NCBI GenBank assembly: GCA_951406725.2
Contig: OX597839.1
Span: forward strand, 26,412,001-26,476,000
Direction of reading: 5' to 3'
Length of the DNA: 64,000 bases
From: Octopus vulgaris
Lineage: Eukaryota
The notes under the pieces: generated by a model
Databases searched by the model: none
What the model saw: only the letters and a program-made list of their open reading frames with translations
Told to the model about the DNA's origin: nothing
Translations under genes and position numbers: made by a program
Part shown: positions 1 through 14,400 of the stretch, piece after piece
How the letters are laid out: each line of letters begins with the position of its first letter
How positions within the stretch are numbered: the first letter of the stretch is position 1

Positions 1-39
1 AATTTCGGTTGAGTCTCTCAGCAACTGAAATATTCATAC

Positions 40-1278
40 CTGATTGATGTGGTACATAAATGATACCCGATGGCTGTGAAAGATATGGTGGTATTGCAGG
101 TGATGGCATTCTTTGGCTTTCAGTAATTGAACTATAGGTCTTTGAAGCATTTGGCAGGGATCTGGGAGATTGTCGTTCATCTTTGTCTGAAGGAGTTGCA
201 CCCCTTCTGGGCATGTGTTGAGCAGTAACAAAGTCACTCATTATCGTTTGCCTGGAAGTACGAATAGGGGAGAGTAAATCTTGGTAGCTATAAAAAGGTT
301 CTGCTATTTTTTCATACACAACTGCCCGTCTAATCGCTGGCTCGTACATGATATTTCCCCGGCCCAATATGGGATCTATCACTGGAGAAACTCTGGTTAT
401 ACTAGCTTCATGACCAACAGGGGTACCCCTCCCAGTCCCAGGTTCTCTGTTCCGTGGAGTTCCCCTTGTTATAGATCCCTGGGGAGGAGTCTGCTGCCGG
501 TGACTGATGTCAATTCGATGGGATGGTATACCTGAATTATTGGGATGATTGCCACCCGAGGTGGACGTTACAGGATGACTAACAGGGGTCCCGTGGGTGA
601 TGGATCCAGTGGGAGGTGGAACGAGATGTGAACTAACAGGAGGGGATTTAGGGAGCTTGGGGGACATTTTGGAATTAATCAATGGTGGTGGTGGTGGTAT
701 ACGGGCCCCCATTTGGTTCCTGTTTTGAAACTCCATGGGAGCAAGATGTGAATTGTAGGGAGAATTTGAAGCGGGTGGCACAGCTCTGATGATTGGTGAT
801 ATTGTTTGTGCAGGCTCAGGATGATATATTGAGGGTGATTTGACCCGAGGGACGATGGTTTTATGAGACTTAAGTGGTATAGGTTCATCTGCTTGTGACT
901 GATGGAGGCTAGATGAAGTGAGATGATGAGAATGGGCAGGAGGAGGCAGACCCATATTTTTTCTTTGAGATTCTTCAGGCCTTAAGTGAGAGTCTATAGA
1001 CCTTTGAAAATCACGAGGATCTCCTTTGTAAGCTTTTTGCGTTTTGTCATGGTAATCAATAGGACGCCTTGACAAGTCTTGCACTTCGAAATCACGTAGC
1101 TCTCTTGGATCATGCATTTCCCGTGCAGAAATTCCTCTGTACGCTGTTATGTCTGGAAACATATATGGTGATGCCTGCTCCGGCCGCCTTTCTTTACGCA
1201 AGTCCTGAGGCATGTTGTGGACAAGTCCAGAGAGCATCGATTTCCTGGACAACACAGGGTTTTCAGACATAATGGGTT
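40..1278 (-). CDS. NCOR1: NCoR large exon, repression-domain region with GSITHGTP (584-607), GSITRGTP (455-478) and [14 protein letters not shown] (212-253)
   Basis: tttccag acceptor at 1279-1280. The frame is open from 1278 to the window edge, so it is absent from the ORF track. Probable donor CAG|gtatga at 40/39. Confidence 0.9.
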
Positions 1279-4200
1279 CTGGAAAAGAAAAAAAGAAAAT
1301 AAATAAATGAATAAAACAATTCTATAAACAGGAGTAGAATTCTACAAATGGTTTTTCTTTTTATTACAAAATAATAATTTCAGTTTTTACTTCTTACAAA
1401 ATAATGATTTCTTCCCCAAAGAAGGATTGAAACTATAAAGAATTTTCTGGTTCGGTGCTGGTATCACATAAAAAGCACCCAGTACGCTTAGTAAAATGGG
1501 TGGCATTAGGAAGGGCATCCAGCTGTAGAAACCATGCCAGACAATGGACCGTGGTGTGAACCCCAGCCATACCAGCTCCTGTCAAACAGTACAACCTGTG
1601 TCATCACAGAAAAAGGACATTTGACCACAACAATGATGATGTGGTTAATCTTGGGAGGTTAAGAGATGCAGTTATTACTGCAAGGTTTCTAGTCTGCGAT
1701 GCCCAGATGATTTTGCTGAAATGGTATTCATCTATACTTCATTAGCCCCATGGGCTAATAACAATAATGAGTGTTTCTAATTTAGACACAATTACAGCTA
1801 TTTTGATGAGAAAGTTAGCCAATTACAACAATCTCTGTACTTTGAAAAGGCGAAGAGCAAAGTTAACCATGGCAGGATTTGAACTCAGAATGTAAAGTGC
1901 TGTAACTAAATACCACAAGGTATTTTGCCTGATGTTCTAACAATTCTGTGAATCCACTGCCAGAATAATAATAATAATTCTTTCTAATATAGGGGCAAGG
2001 CCAGGAATTTTGGGGGAGAGGGCTAGTTGATTAAATAATTGACCCCAAAATGATGAAAGCCATAGTTTACCTTGGTAGAATTTGAACTAAAAATGTGGAG
2101 ACAGACGAAATGCCACTAAGCATTTTGCCTTGTGTGCTAATGATTCTGCCAGCTGTCTTCTTATCATTATCATCATCATTGTTTAATGTCCACCTTCCAC
2201 ACATGCATGGGTTGGACAGTTGACAAGAGCTGGACAGATAGAAAACTACCCGGGGCTACTGTGCCTGTTTTGGCAGGGTTCTTACAGCTGGATGCCCTTC
2301 CTAACACCAACTATTACAATAATAATATATTTCGTTATTGCCCACAAGGGGCTAAACATAGAGGGGACAAACAAGGACAGACAAACGGATTAAGTCGATT
2401 ACATCGACCCCAGTGTGTAACTGGTACTTTATTTATCGACCCCGAAAGGATGAAAGGCAAAGTCGACCTCAGCAGAATTTGAACTTAGAACATAACAGCA
2501 GACGAAATACCTATTTCTTTATTACCCACAAGGGGCTAAACACAGAGGGGACAAACAAGGACAGACATAGGTATTAAGCCGATTACATCGACCCCAGTGC
2601 GTAACTGGTACTTAATTTATCGACCCCGAAAGGATGAAAGGCAAAGTCGACCTCGGCGGAATTTGAACTCACAACGTAACGACAGACGAAATACCGTTAA
2701 GCATTTCGCCCGGCGTGCTAACGTTTCTACCAGCTCGTCGCTTGGTGCTTATTACAATAATAATAATCATAATGGTTTCATATTTAGTAGATACCAAGGA
2801 CAGCAATTTGGAAAGAAAAAGATCTACTTGATTGATTGGTGCTTATTGTATCAACCCTGAAAGGATGAAAGGCCGAGTTAACCTTGGTGAAATTTGATTC
2901 AACAATAATTGAAACAAATAGAGTATTTCAACAGAACTATGGTAACAAAGGGGTCAACATGATTGGAATTAAAATCTCCCATTGAAATTTGGTTAAGCTC
3001 CAAGTACCAGCTTAATTATCCTAAAGTTATTTTACTAAATTCTTTGTTATTTTCAAAATTAATTAACTGAAACAAAGGCAGTGGATTTCAACAGAAATAA
3101 AGGGATTAAATATCAAAACCTTCCACCAAAATTTCATGTTAATTTATGTTCCAAACACCAGCTTATTAACGACAAATTTATTTTTGTGAATTCTTCATTA
3201 ACTGAAGAAAGGAATGTGTATTTCACTAGAAATGCAGCAAAAAAAGTTTCAGGTATGTCCCAAACAGCAGATTAATAATGTGAAAGAACTAAAATCACAT
3301 GACTGACCAGACTATTTAGATGTTGTTATGGAAGCACTCCGTCGGTTACGATGACGAGGGTTCCGGTTGATCCGATCAACGAAACAGCCTGCTCGTGAAA
3401 TTAACGTGTAAGTGGCTGAGCACTCCACAGACACGTGTACCCTTAACGTAGTTCTCGGGGATATTCAGCGTGACACAGAGAGTGACAAGGCCGGCCCCTT
3501 GAAATACAGGTACAACAGAAACAGGAAGTAAGAGTGAGAGAAAGTTGTGGTGAAAGAGTACAGCAGGGATCACCACCATCCCAGCTGGAGCCTCGTGGAG
3601 CTTTTAGGTGTTTTCGCTCAATAAACACTCACAAGGCCCGGTCTGGGAATCGAAACCGCGATCCTACGACCGCGAGTCCGCTGCCCTAACCACTGGGCCA
3701 TTGCGTCTCCACTAGATGTTGTTATACATCGCTGGTCACAGTGTGCTTTGCATTGTTTTAGGTTTTGAACGATACCACTCTGCTGGCTGGCTGGCTGGCT
3801 GAGCAGGCCAACATTGATCAGAAGGCCAGTCTGTCACAGGGTGACCCTGTTTACGGGTGAGTGAACTGGAGCAACATGAAATGAAGTGCTTTGCTCAAGA
3901 ACAAAATACATTGCTTGGTCCCAGAATTGAACCCACAATCTTGTGATCGTGAGTGCAATACCCTCAACCACTAGGCCACATGCCTTCACCAAACTGCTCA
4001 ATCCCTCCAAATCACTTTGAAAGTCAAGTGGTACTCACAAGGGTGTGTGTATTTAATTAGAAATATGAAAATGAAAGTGTTAATAAAATGAGAAACAAGG
4101 GCCTTAAAACAATACTTAGAACAAAGGAATAGAGATTAAAAGGGCTACATACTATTTATTGTATCACCACTATTCTCTCCACGGCTTAAGTTCCGTTCAA

Positions 4201-7200
4201 TAGCTGAGTGAATGAGATCCCTCACACAGGCTGGTTTTTGCTTCTTTGTGTCCTGTTGGTTGCAATTGGCAGGAAGGTTACTATTCGTAACACCAACATT
4301 GCCACTCTCACGAAACACTAACTGCTCCTGATCTTGGTGTATGCTTATGTAACTGCTGCTGCCGGGAAATATTTTCTCCACAGATGCTGGTCCGGCCGAT
4401 TTTGGGCGAGGCGAGCTGACCGACCGCCCCGGTTCGGACACAGCGCTTGCAGGTCGGTGAGGTGACTGTTGTGACGAGAAGCGAAACGGAGAGAATCCGC
4501 GACTGTGTGACAAATCGACTCCTTCTGATGCAGGGCGTGGCTCCTTTAACAGGGTTTGCTCTTGATGTTGTACCACAGGTAAGCTGTAACTAACGGAAAC
4601 TGGTACCATATTACTCGACATTGGTCGCTCAGTGATCAATGTCGGGGTATCAGTCCTTGAAATGGAAGCTGCTGGAGTAGAAATAGGAAGAGCACCTGGA
4701 TCCTGGTGTGAACTTTCATCAGCACTCATTGTAGCACTGCTGTCGTTATCAGCAATGCTACGGAGACTGCTTTGAGAATCACTTAATGGCTTGTTGCTCG
4801 TTAAATTATTGTCTTGTCCCAGAACTGGTTGCAATTCTGCATTATCAGGACAAGGTGTCCTATCTTGATTCTCAGCTTCTGTAAGCTTTTCGTCTTTTTG
4901 TTCGGCTGCAATACAAAAAAAGGAACAGGTTTTAAAACAAAACTGGAATTTCACCAAACAACTTAAACAAAATCAATTCCAAAAAGTTCACAAGATGTCA
5001 TCATCATCATCATCATCATCATCATCGTTTAGCGTCCGCTTTCCATGCTAGCATGGGTTGGACGGTTCAACTGGGGTCTGGGAAGCCAGAAGGCTGCACC
5101 AGGCCCAGTCTGATCTGGCAATGTTTCTATGGCTGGATGCCCTTCCTAATGCCAACCACTCCGTGAGTGTAGTGGGTGCTTTTTACGTGCCAGACGAGGC
5201 TGGCAAACAGCCATGATCGGATGGTGCTTTTTATGTGCCACCGGCATGGAGGCCAGTCAGGGCGGTGCTGGCAATGGCCACGTTCGGATGGTTCTCTTAT
5301 GTGCCACCGGCACTGGTATCACAGCTACAATTTCCATTGATTGATCGAATAAAAGAAATAAAATAATGAGGAATACACATGTACTTGTACATGATGAACA
5401 AAATCATCCTAAATTAAATTACTGAGTTAAAACCTTAATCCAGTAGTTCCCAAACATTTTCAGGCTGCTGTCCCCTTGGCACCCAGGCCACATTGCTAGC
5501 GAACCCCACCCTCCCCGCCACCAATATCGACCACTTTCTGCAGCAAATCTAAAACAACTGTATTTCACAAATAAAACTTAATCCTAATTAACCTATTAAT
5601 ATTTTTTTTTGCATCTATCACCCCGTTTTGGCCACCTTATTTTCATCCTACTTTTTTTCAACACTCCCTGGAACTTTCCACCACCCCAAGGGTGCAGTAC
5701 TGCCCACTTTGGGAACTACTGTCTTAATCCAAAAGCATTTAAACTGACCATGTCTGTCCATCGGAAACGGAAAGGCAAAAGGACCGATACAGCTTGGCGC
5801 CAGAGACATCACAACTTGTACAGCTGAGTGAACTGGGACAATGTGAACTAAAGTGTCTTGCTCAAGAACACCACAACACACAGACTGGGCGGGAATCGAA
5901 CTCACTACCTCATGATTGAGAGCCCGATGCTGTAACCACTGAGCCGTGTGCCTTCACTATGCAGTCAAAGACACAGAATAAATTATTTTCTCGAATTATG
6001 AAAATGTACCACTGGTGGTAGTAAATGTGTTAAATGATAACGAAGTAGAGTAATTAGTGTGAAAATGCGTAAAGTACCCGGATGCTTCATCAGAGCAGGA
6101 TCTTGAGGCTGTGGTATGGGAGCGGGGCTGGGGGCACTGGCTGTATCAGAATCATCGTCAGGGTTTTCTTCACCACTAGTTGAGACATCCTCCTCCTCTG
6201 AATGGGTTGCTGTGGAAGCGAATGAAGTTGTTCTCGTCCTTGTACTTCCTGACTGCTGGACAAAAACACAGGGACAATATAATAATTCAGGGGACAAAAT
6301 AATGATTCAGGAGACAATATAATAATTTAGGGGACAATAATTCAAGAGAAAAAAAAATTATTTAGGGAACAAAATAATTCAGGAGACAATTTAGGGGACA
6401 AAATAATTCAGGAGACAATTTAGGGGACAAAATAATTCAGGAGACAAATTTAGGGGACAAAATAATTCAGGAGACAATTTAGGGAACAAAATAATTCAGG
6501 GGACAATATAATTCAGGAGACAATTTAGGGGACAAAATAATTCAGGAGACAAATTTAGGGGACAAAATCATTCAGGAGACAATTTAGGGGACAAAATAAT
6601 TCAGGAGACAAATTTAGGGGACAAAATAATTCAGGAGACAATTTAGGGGACAAAATAATTCAGGAGACAAATTTAGGGGACAAAATAATTCAGGAGACAA
6701 TTTAGGGAACAAAATAATTCAGGAGACAAATTTAGGGGACAAAATAATTCAGGAGACAATTTAGGGGACAAAATAATTCAGGAGACAAATTTAGGGGACA
6801 AAATAATTCAGGAGACAATTTAGGGAACAAAATAATTCAGGGGACAATATAATTCAGGAGACAATTTAGGGGACAAAATAATTCAGGAGACAAATTTAGG
6901 GGACAAAATCATTCAGGAGACAATTTAGGGAACAAAATAATTCAGGAGACAATTTAGGGGACAAAATAATTCAGGAGACAATTTAGGGGACAAAATAATT
7001 CAGGAGACAGTTCAGGGGATAATAATTCAGGAGATAAAATAATAATCTAGGGGACAATAATTCAGGAGACAAACAATAATTTAGGGGACAATAATTCAGG
7101 AGATAAAATAATAATTTAGGGGACAATAATTCAGGAGACAAAATAATAACTAATGATTGGTAAAGAATTTATTATAGGAAGATTTATTGTTGTTGGAGTA

Positions 7201-8400
7201 TAGAAGGAGTGAACGAAAAGACTGGCAAGAGACTTGCTGTATGTTTGGTTTAATCCTATAACTGATGGATAAGCCGTGGTACTGTAGTATGTAGCTAACT
7301 GGAAGGAGAGAAAGAGGTGAGGAGGGAGAGAAGAGAGGAGGGAGAGAAGAGAGAGGGAATTGGAAGAGTGATGGAAAAGGCAGACGTGTATAAGACTATT
7401 GTCACTGAATAAGTCTGTGTGCGAGTGGGCATCTAACCACCACATTTCTCACTGAGTGTGAGAAAGACACTGAATGAGTCTGAGTGTGAGTGAGAGCACA
7501 GAGTGAGACGGCATGAAGGAGATTGAGTAAAAATACATGCATATCAGAGTGTGAGTGTATGTAGAGTGATTGAGTTATAATTTATGTGTGAGAATTAGAG
7601 TACATGTATATGCAAAATAAATTTAAATCTCGTTGGCTCTTGAGAGGGTCATTATGCCAATAACAACACACACACTAGCTCAATATCACTTCATTATTAA
7701 ACAATTGGTTAAGTCTTATTATTATTGGTGTAACAGCCTTCTCAAGACTCCACATGATTTATTTCAGCACAAGAATTCACATCAAGAATCTTGCAAACCA
7801 AACACAAAAACAAGTTTAATTAAATCCTTCTCCCAAAAGAAACATATTTAACAAACGATTACCTTTTCTTTATGGTGTTCTTGCAAAATGAGTTCCAATT
7901 TCAATTTCCGCTTATAGTTGAAATAGAAATTCTTACACTGGGCCTCCGTTTTCGTTCCAACTAGGTTGGCAATAGCAACCCAATCTCTACCATGTTCTCT
8001 TAGACCTGGGAACAAGAAGAGAACAAAAAAAAAAAAAAATGGTTTCAATGTTTCCCCGTACAAATGATTCTGACACGATGCAGTTTTAGCAATATTCAAG
8101 TGGAATTTATGAAATGTTAGAAAGTTAAAACCAGAAATGATAAATCATAACAAAAACAAAAATAACATTACACGCTCTCCTCGACTTATGACCTATGCGA
8201 CTAATGACCACAGAAAATAAATAAATAGGCGTAGGAGTGGCTGTGTGGTAAGAAGCTTGCTTACCAACCACATGGTTCCGGGTTCAGTCCCACTGCGTGG
8301 CATCTTGGGCAAGTGTCTTCTGCTATAGCCCCGGGCCGACCAATGCCTTGTGAGTGGATTTGGTAGACGGAAACTGAAAGAAGCCCGTCGTATATATGTG

Positions 8401-8431
<31 letters not shown>

Positions 8432-11400
8432 TTGTGTGTCTGTGTTTGTTCCCCTAGCATTGCTTGACAACCGATGCTGGTGTGTTTACGTCCCCGTCAC
8501 TTAGCGGTTCGGCAAAAGAGACCGATAGAATAAGTACTGGGCTTACAAAGAATAAGTCCCGGGGTCGATTTGCTCGACTAAAAGGCGGTGCTCCAGCATG
8601 GCCACAGTCATATGACTGAAACAAGTAAAAGAGTAAAGAGTAAAGAGTATATTCAACAGGAAAGATCCTCCAGCTTGATAATATGTATGCACCTAACCCA
8701 TGCTAGCATAGCAAAATAGATGTAAAACTGAACAAACCTTGTTTGGCAACTTCCATTTCTTCTTCTGTCCATCTTGACGTTTCAACACCATCTGAAAACA
8801 TATCAAGAGACACCACGTGGCTCGCTTGAAATGGGAGTTATCAGAGAAAAAGGTATAACCAGCTTTAGTTGCATTATTGGTTTCTACTATTAAATTATAC
8901 AAATCAACCCAAATCTCTGTCACACTCTAACCTTTCATCCTCTGACACAAGATCCCCCCCGTCCTCGAATGCCCTCTCCCCCTCTCAAAATTCCTTGTCT
9001 TGAGGGTTCCTCGGTAACCCTGCCTGTGCTGGTACCGTGTAAAAAAAGCATCCAGCCCACACTGCAAAGTGGTTGGCATTTGGAAGGGCAGCCAGCTTTG
9101 AGAATCACATCAAAACTGATCTTGCCTGTGCTGGTGCCATGTAAAAGGCATTGAGTTCACACTGTAAAGGGGTTGGTGTTAGGAAGGGTAACCAGCTGTA
9201 AAAACCCTGCCAAAACTGACCTTGCCCTCCCCACCATCTCTCCATCTCTATCTTTCTCACCTTTCTTCTCCAACTGGGGGGGTGGTGTCCTTGTATCTAT
9301 TCTACAGCAAGACACCTGTTTCTTTCCCTGCTATTATTCTTTTAACCCCTCATCAACTGGCACAAAGCCGTCTTCCACTAAACTACTCCCACTTCCCAGC
9401 AGTTGAGGGGACTTGGTGATCCCTCTGGTGCTGGTGCCATGAAAGAAAGCACCCAGTATGCTCTGCGAAGTGGTTGCCATTAGGAAAGGCATCCAGCCAT
9501 AGAAACTGTGTTGAAACAAACGACAGAACTTGGTATCAGCCCTCTATCTTGCCCCCTCTTGTCAAACTGCTCAATCCATGTCAGCTTGGAAGGTGGATGT
9601 TAAATGATGACGATGATGACAATGATCCCTATGTGCTGTTTGAGGAAGATTCTCAGATGCTAAGAAAACATTCCTCACACAGAAGTGTTCAGAGCAGATG
9701 CACCATCACTCTACCCCATACACAGATGGCTAGAATATCATCATCATCATTTAGCACCCGTTGTCCATGCTGGTATGCTTTAACCAGGGCTGGCAAGCTG
9801 GTAGGCTGCACCAGGCTACAGTCTGATTTGGCATGGTTTCTGCAACCGGATGCCCTTCCTAACGCCAACCACTCTGAGAGTATAACGGGTGCTTTTATGT
9901 GCCAATTTGCATGACACTGTTATCTGCTACAACTGTGATTTTACTTGGCCTGATGGGTCTTCTCAAGCACGGCATAATGCCAAAGGTCTCAGACATGTTA
10001 CACAAATGGATGACTCCAGAATCTCTGAGTAAGTGTTGTATGGAGAACTAGTAGATAGAAGAAGGAGCATAGGACATCCAAAGCTGCGCTTTAAGAAACC
10101 AATGTGAAACTATCCTGAAAGAATTCCTGAGAGATTAAAGAAAATGGGAAGAATCAGCAAAGGATCGGAGCAACAACAGACTTCCATGCTAGCATGGGCC
10201 TGACAGGGCCTGATGACCTGGAGGGGTTTACTTCATACTACAATATCTCCCTTGGAATGGTTTCTTTGAGTAAATGCCCTCTGCAAAAAATACTGAGCAC
10301 CTTCTTTGTGGCACCAGCTCTAGTCATGATTGTCTTGTTACTTGCAAGGGTAAGGCCCAAAAGTGCACCTTATAGCTGAAGAGTAAAAAAAGGGACAGGG
10401 CGCAATAGGTTAACTGTCACTCAATACTTGACTAAAAACTTTTAAATGCAGCAAAAAGAACCTCAGTTTGCGAACAACTCTCATCATGAACAAATCAGTT
10501 TACAAACAACTTTTCAAACATAAAACATAGAAGGAGAGACTGAATGCAATAGGTTGACTATTATTACATAAGAAAATTACTAGTGTTTCATCTCACAACG
10601 TGAGATATTCAGCAACAGTACTTTGGAGTAAAGATTGTTTGCCAACATAACATGGCAGTGCTGTTTAGGACGATTGTTACAGTAATTTAGCCCCAGCTAA
10701 TTTAGCCTCCAGCTAACTATACTACACGATCTGTGTCTTTTTTTTGTTTGTTTTGTAGACGGTAGAGCAACTTGGTAGAGTCTTCTTTGTTTGTTCATGA
10801 ACTGGGGGGGATATTAAGAAGTGGGGAAACAAATAATTCAGATTAAAATATAAGGACACAGATTGTGTTGTATAGCCAGCTGGAGATGGTGTCTCCTGGG
10901 GCTAAATTACAGCAACATTTGTCCTAAACCAGGACAGCCATGTTATGTTGACAAACAATCTTTACTATTATTAAATAATTGATTAAAAACTTTTAAGTAC
11001 AGCAGAAGGAACCTCAGTTTGCGAATGCCCCTCATCATGAGTAAATCAGTTTAAAAACAATTTTTTCAAACATAAAACGTCTTAGGTTGATGAATAGTAT
11101 CTCGAGAAATGGACACCGAGGCTGGCAACAAGAGTTAGCAACAAGCAGGGAGTATCAACTAGAAAGTATCAGTTTGCTCATTGCTGTTTCAATCCACGGT
11201 GCTTCCTCTTGAATTTCCCATGGGAAATGGTTTCAGTTTACAAAGATTTTGGGGTAACGAAAGGGTTGCAGGATCGAATAAAATCCATAAACTGAGGTTC
11301 CACGGAATATATAAAAAGAAAATATACGAATCTATATTATTTACCATCATTATTTTCAGGTACTAAAGGAACTAATGGCTCATTGGTTTGAGGGTTTGTA

Positions 11401-14400
11401 CCGAGTTGTCGAGCAATTCTATTAAAACAAGCAGAACAGCAGCGGGAAATATCTTCAGAGATTTCTGAAAAGACAAAAACAATGACACAATTAGATGAGT
11501 AAAATGTCTTGTTTTCATAAGTTTTGAATTAAAACCTTCCGCCAAACCTTAGTCACAATTTATGTTCCTAACACTAGCTTAATGATAACGAAGTTATTTT
11601 ACTAAATTCTTTGTTATATTTAAAACTAATTGAAAGAAACACAGAGCATCTCAACAGAAATATGGTAAGAAAAGGGTTAAAGACACTCAGTCAACTTCAA
11701 TTTGCACAAGATTTGGCTGCTATTTCTAACAAGTCAAACAACTATGTGAAACAAAATCTGTAAATTAACCCTTTCGATACAAACCCAGCTGAAACCACCT
11801 CTGGCTCTGTAGTACAAATGTCTTGCTTTCAAAAGTTCTGAATTAAAATCTTCCGCCAAGCCTTAGTCACAATTTATGTTCCTAACACTAGCTTCAATGA
11901 TAACTAACTTATTTTACTAAATTCTTTGTTATATTTAAAACTAATTGAAAGAAACACAGAGCATCTCAAAATAAATACAGTAATGAAAGGGTTAAGCTGT
12001 GAATGAAACTATTTTTCTTTTTGTTCAGGAGCGCAGGTGGAGGCTAAAGAAAAATACAGGGGCCCAGGTCTGAGAAGGCTTAACTCTTATTGTCTGAGAA
12101 CCCAATATGTTCTGTTTTGTGCATGTCAGCTTGAGACATGGAAACTAAATTAATCCACTTTTTTGAAGGTGAGGTACTTCCAGAATTCTCCTCATTTTAG
12201 ATGACACAACACACACAGTCTACTTTCACCAGCCAACAGGAAGCGGTTGTAAGAACTGATTTGCATTTGATCTGCAAATCATATTAGCAGTAAAAATTCA
12301 ATCAATACAGAATAATAAAGTAGAAAGAACATAGATCTATATATGAGATAACGAAGAATTGTTGGTTGTTTAACATGATGTGTCTCACAGTAGCAACAGA
12401 TGTAGAAACTGTTGACCAAAATCAGTGACTCTCCGTGGTTCTTATTTTATTCTACTGGACCCTCATAGCCATTTCATGTTTTAGAAAAAACCCAATTACA
12501 TTTTTATATTTAGATATTAAGAACTGTATTAAAAAAAAATTACAATATAGGCGTAGGAGTGGCTGTGTGGTAAGTAGCTTGTTTACCAACCACATGGTTC
12601 CGGGTTCAGTCCCACTGCGTGGCACCTTGGGCAAGTGTCTTCTACTATAGCCTCGGGCCAACCAAAGCCTTGTGAGTGGATTTGGTAGACGGAAACTGAA
12701 AGAAGCCCGTCATATATATGTATATATATATATATATATATGCGTGTGTGTGTTTGTCTCCCTAGCATTGCCTGACAACCGATGCTGGTGTGTTTATGTC
12801 CCCGTTACTTAGAGGTTCGGCAAAAGAGACCGATAGAATAAGTATTGGGCTTACAAAAGAATAAGTCCCAGGGTCGAGTTGCTCGATTAAAGGCGGTGCT
12901 CCAGCATGGCCGCAGTCAAATGACTGAAACAAGTAAAAGAGTAAAGAGAGAGAGGAACATTTTGTGCATTGTAGAAGAATAACCAATTTATTGCAGGTAG
13001 GTTTTAACAACGAAATCTTATGTGGACCCTTGTTGAGAACCACGGACCTATAAAAAAAAACCCCACAAAACAAAACAAATTAGAAAGTGAAGGCCTCTTA
13101 CGCATCTCCATTAGTATTGGTTCTTTGATTTCAGTGGCTATTTCTGACCACTTCACAGAGAGGGGCCAAAGACGTTTTACTTTCCGTTTTGGAATTTTAC
13201 AAGTAGGCACAGGACACCTGAAAGGTAGGAATAAACAGAGATACAAGGTTAGCAAACGTGAATCAATGCAATGGAAAATTAGCTGCTTTAACCCTTTAGT
13301 GTTCAGAATACTCTGTTAAATGTAATACTTTTTCACTCAAATTGTTTTGAATTAATCATGCATTATGTTAGAGCTTTGAGGTTTCAATGATGTGATTGTT
13401 TATTTTCAGAATGGCATTGTAGGTTAGGAGTGAGAGGCTAGATATCGCCAGTTTGAATATAAAACATGTAGAATATATTGGGCCGGATTTGGCCAGTTTA
13501 AACACTAAAGGGTTAAAGACATAAGCAGTGAATCATTTCAGCCGATAAATCATTATCACCATTATTTCTACAAGTTAAACTTTTAGCAAGAAACTAATAC
13601 TACATTGCTGTTTTTATAATATTATATTCATCATTGACTAAGCAGACCTTTGATCACATCCATTCCAATTGTGACCATCTTGTTTTTTTTTTTTTTTGTA
13701 CATCAGAAACAACCTTATCCAATGTGACCTTTTAGACTGTACGTCGGTTGTGTGATCTGAGACATTTCTTGCTATTATTTCTAGCAGGTTGAGCAACCAC
13801 ATACAGGCCTGTGTTGATGCATCGTTACTTTAATGTCCAACATTCATGATTGCATGGGTTAGCAGGAAGGAATTCTCTGACACAGATTGCCCTGTGGCCA
13901 GATGGCTTTCCTGTTGCCACTTCACACCTGTAAGGTGTTATTTCTCCTTGGCCGGGTAGGTTTTCATGGAAGATTAGAAAGGAAGGACACCACATGTATG
14001 ATGATGATGATGCTTGTTTACAATTATATATCAAGTCACACACACACATGTACAGTGGTCTTCATCCAGTCTCTCTCTCTGTCTCTCTCTACCAAACCCA
14101 TTCACAAGATTAACCAAGGGCTACAGCAGAAGACACAAGCCCAAGATGCTTTCACACTTATATGTAATCTATATGTATATATGTACTACCACCCCCTCCA
14201 GTGTCTCCTCCCCTCTTAAAAGTTTTGTCTGGCAAGTACTTGGTGACCCTGTCAGTGCAGGTGTCACTTAAAAGCACCCGGTCCACAATGTAAAGTGGTT
14301 GGTGTTAGGAAGGGCATCCAGCTGTAAAAACCTTGCCAAAACTGACCTCGCCTGTGCTTGTGTCACATAAAAAGCACTAAGTCCAATCTGCTGAGTGGTT

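Noticed and set aside
6270-7150. CRISPR array or telomere-like array
   Set aside because: There are no unique spacers, the context is eukaryotic, and TTAGGG occurs only once per ~30-bp unit. It is a minisatellite.
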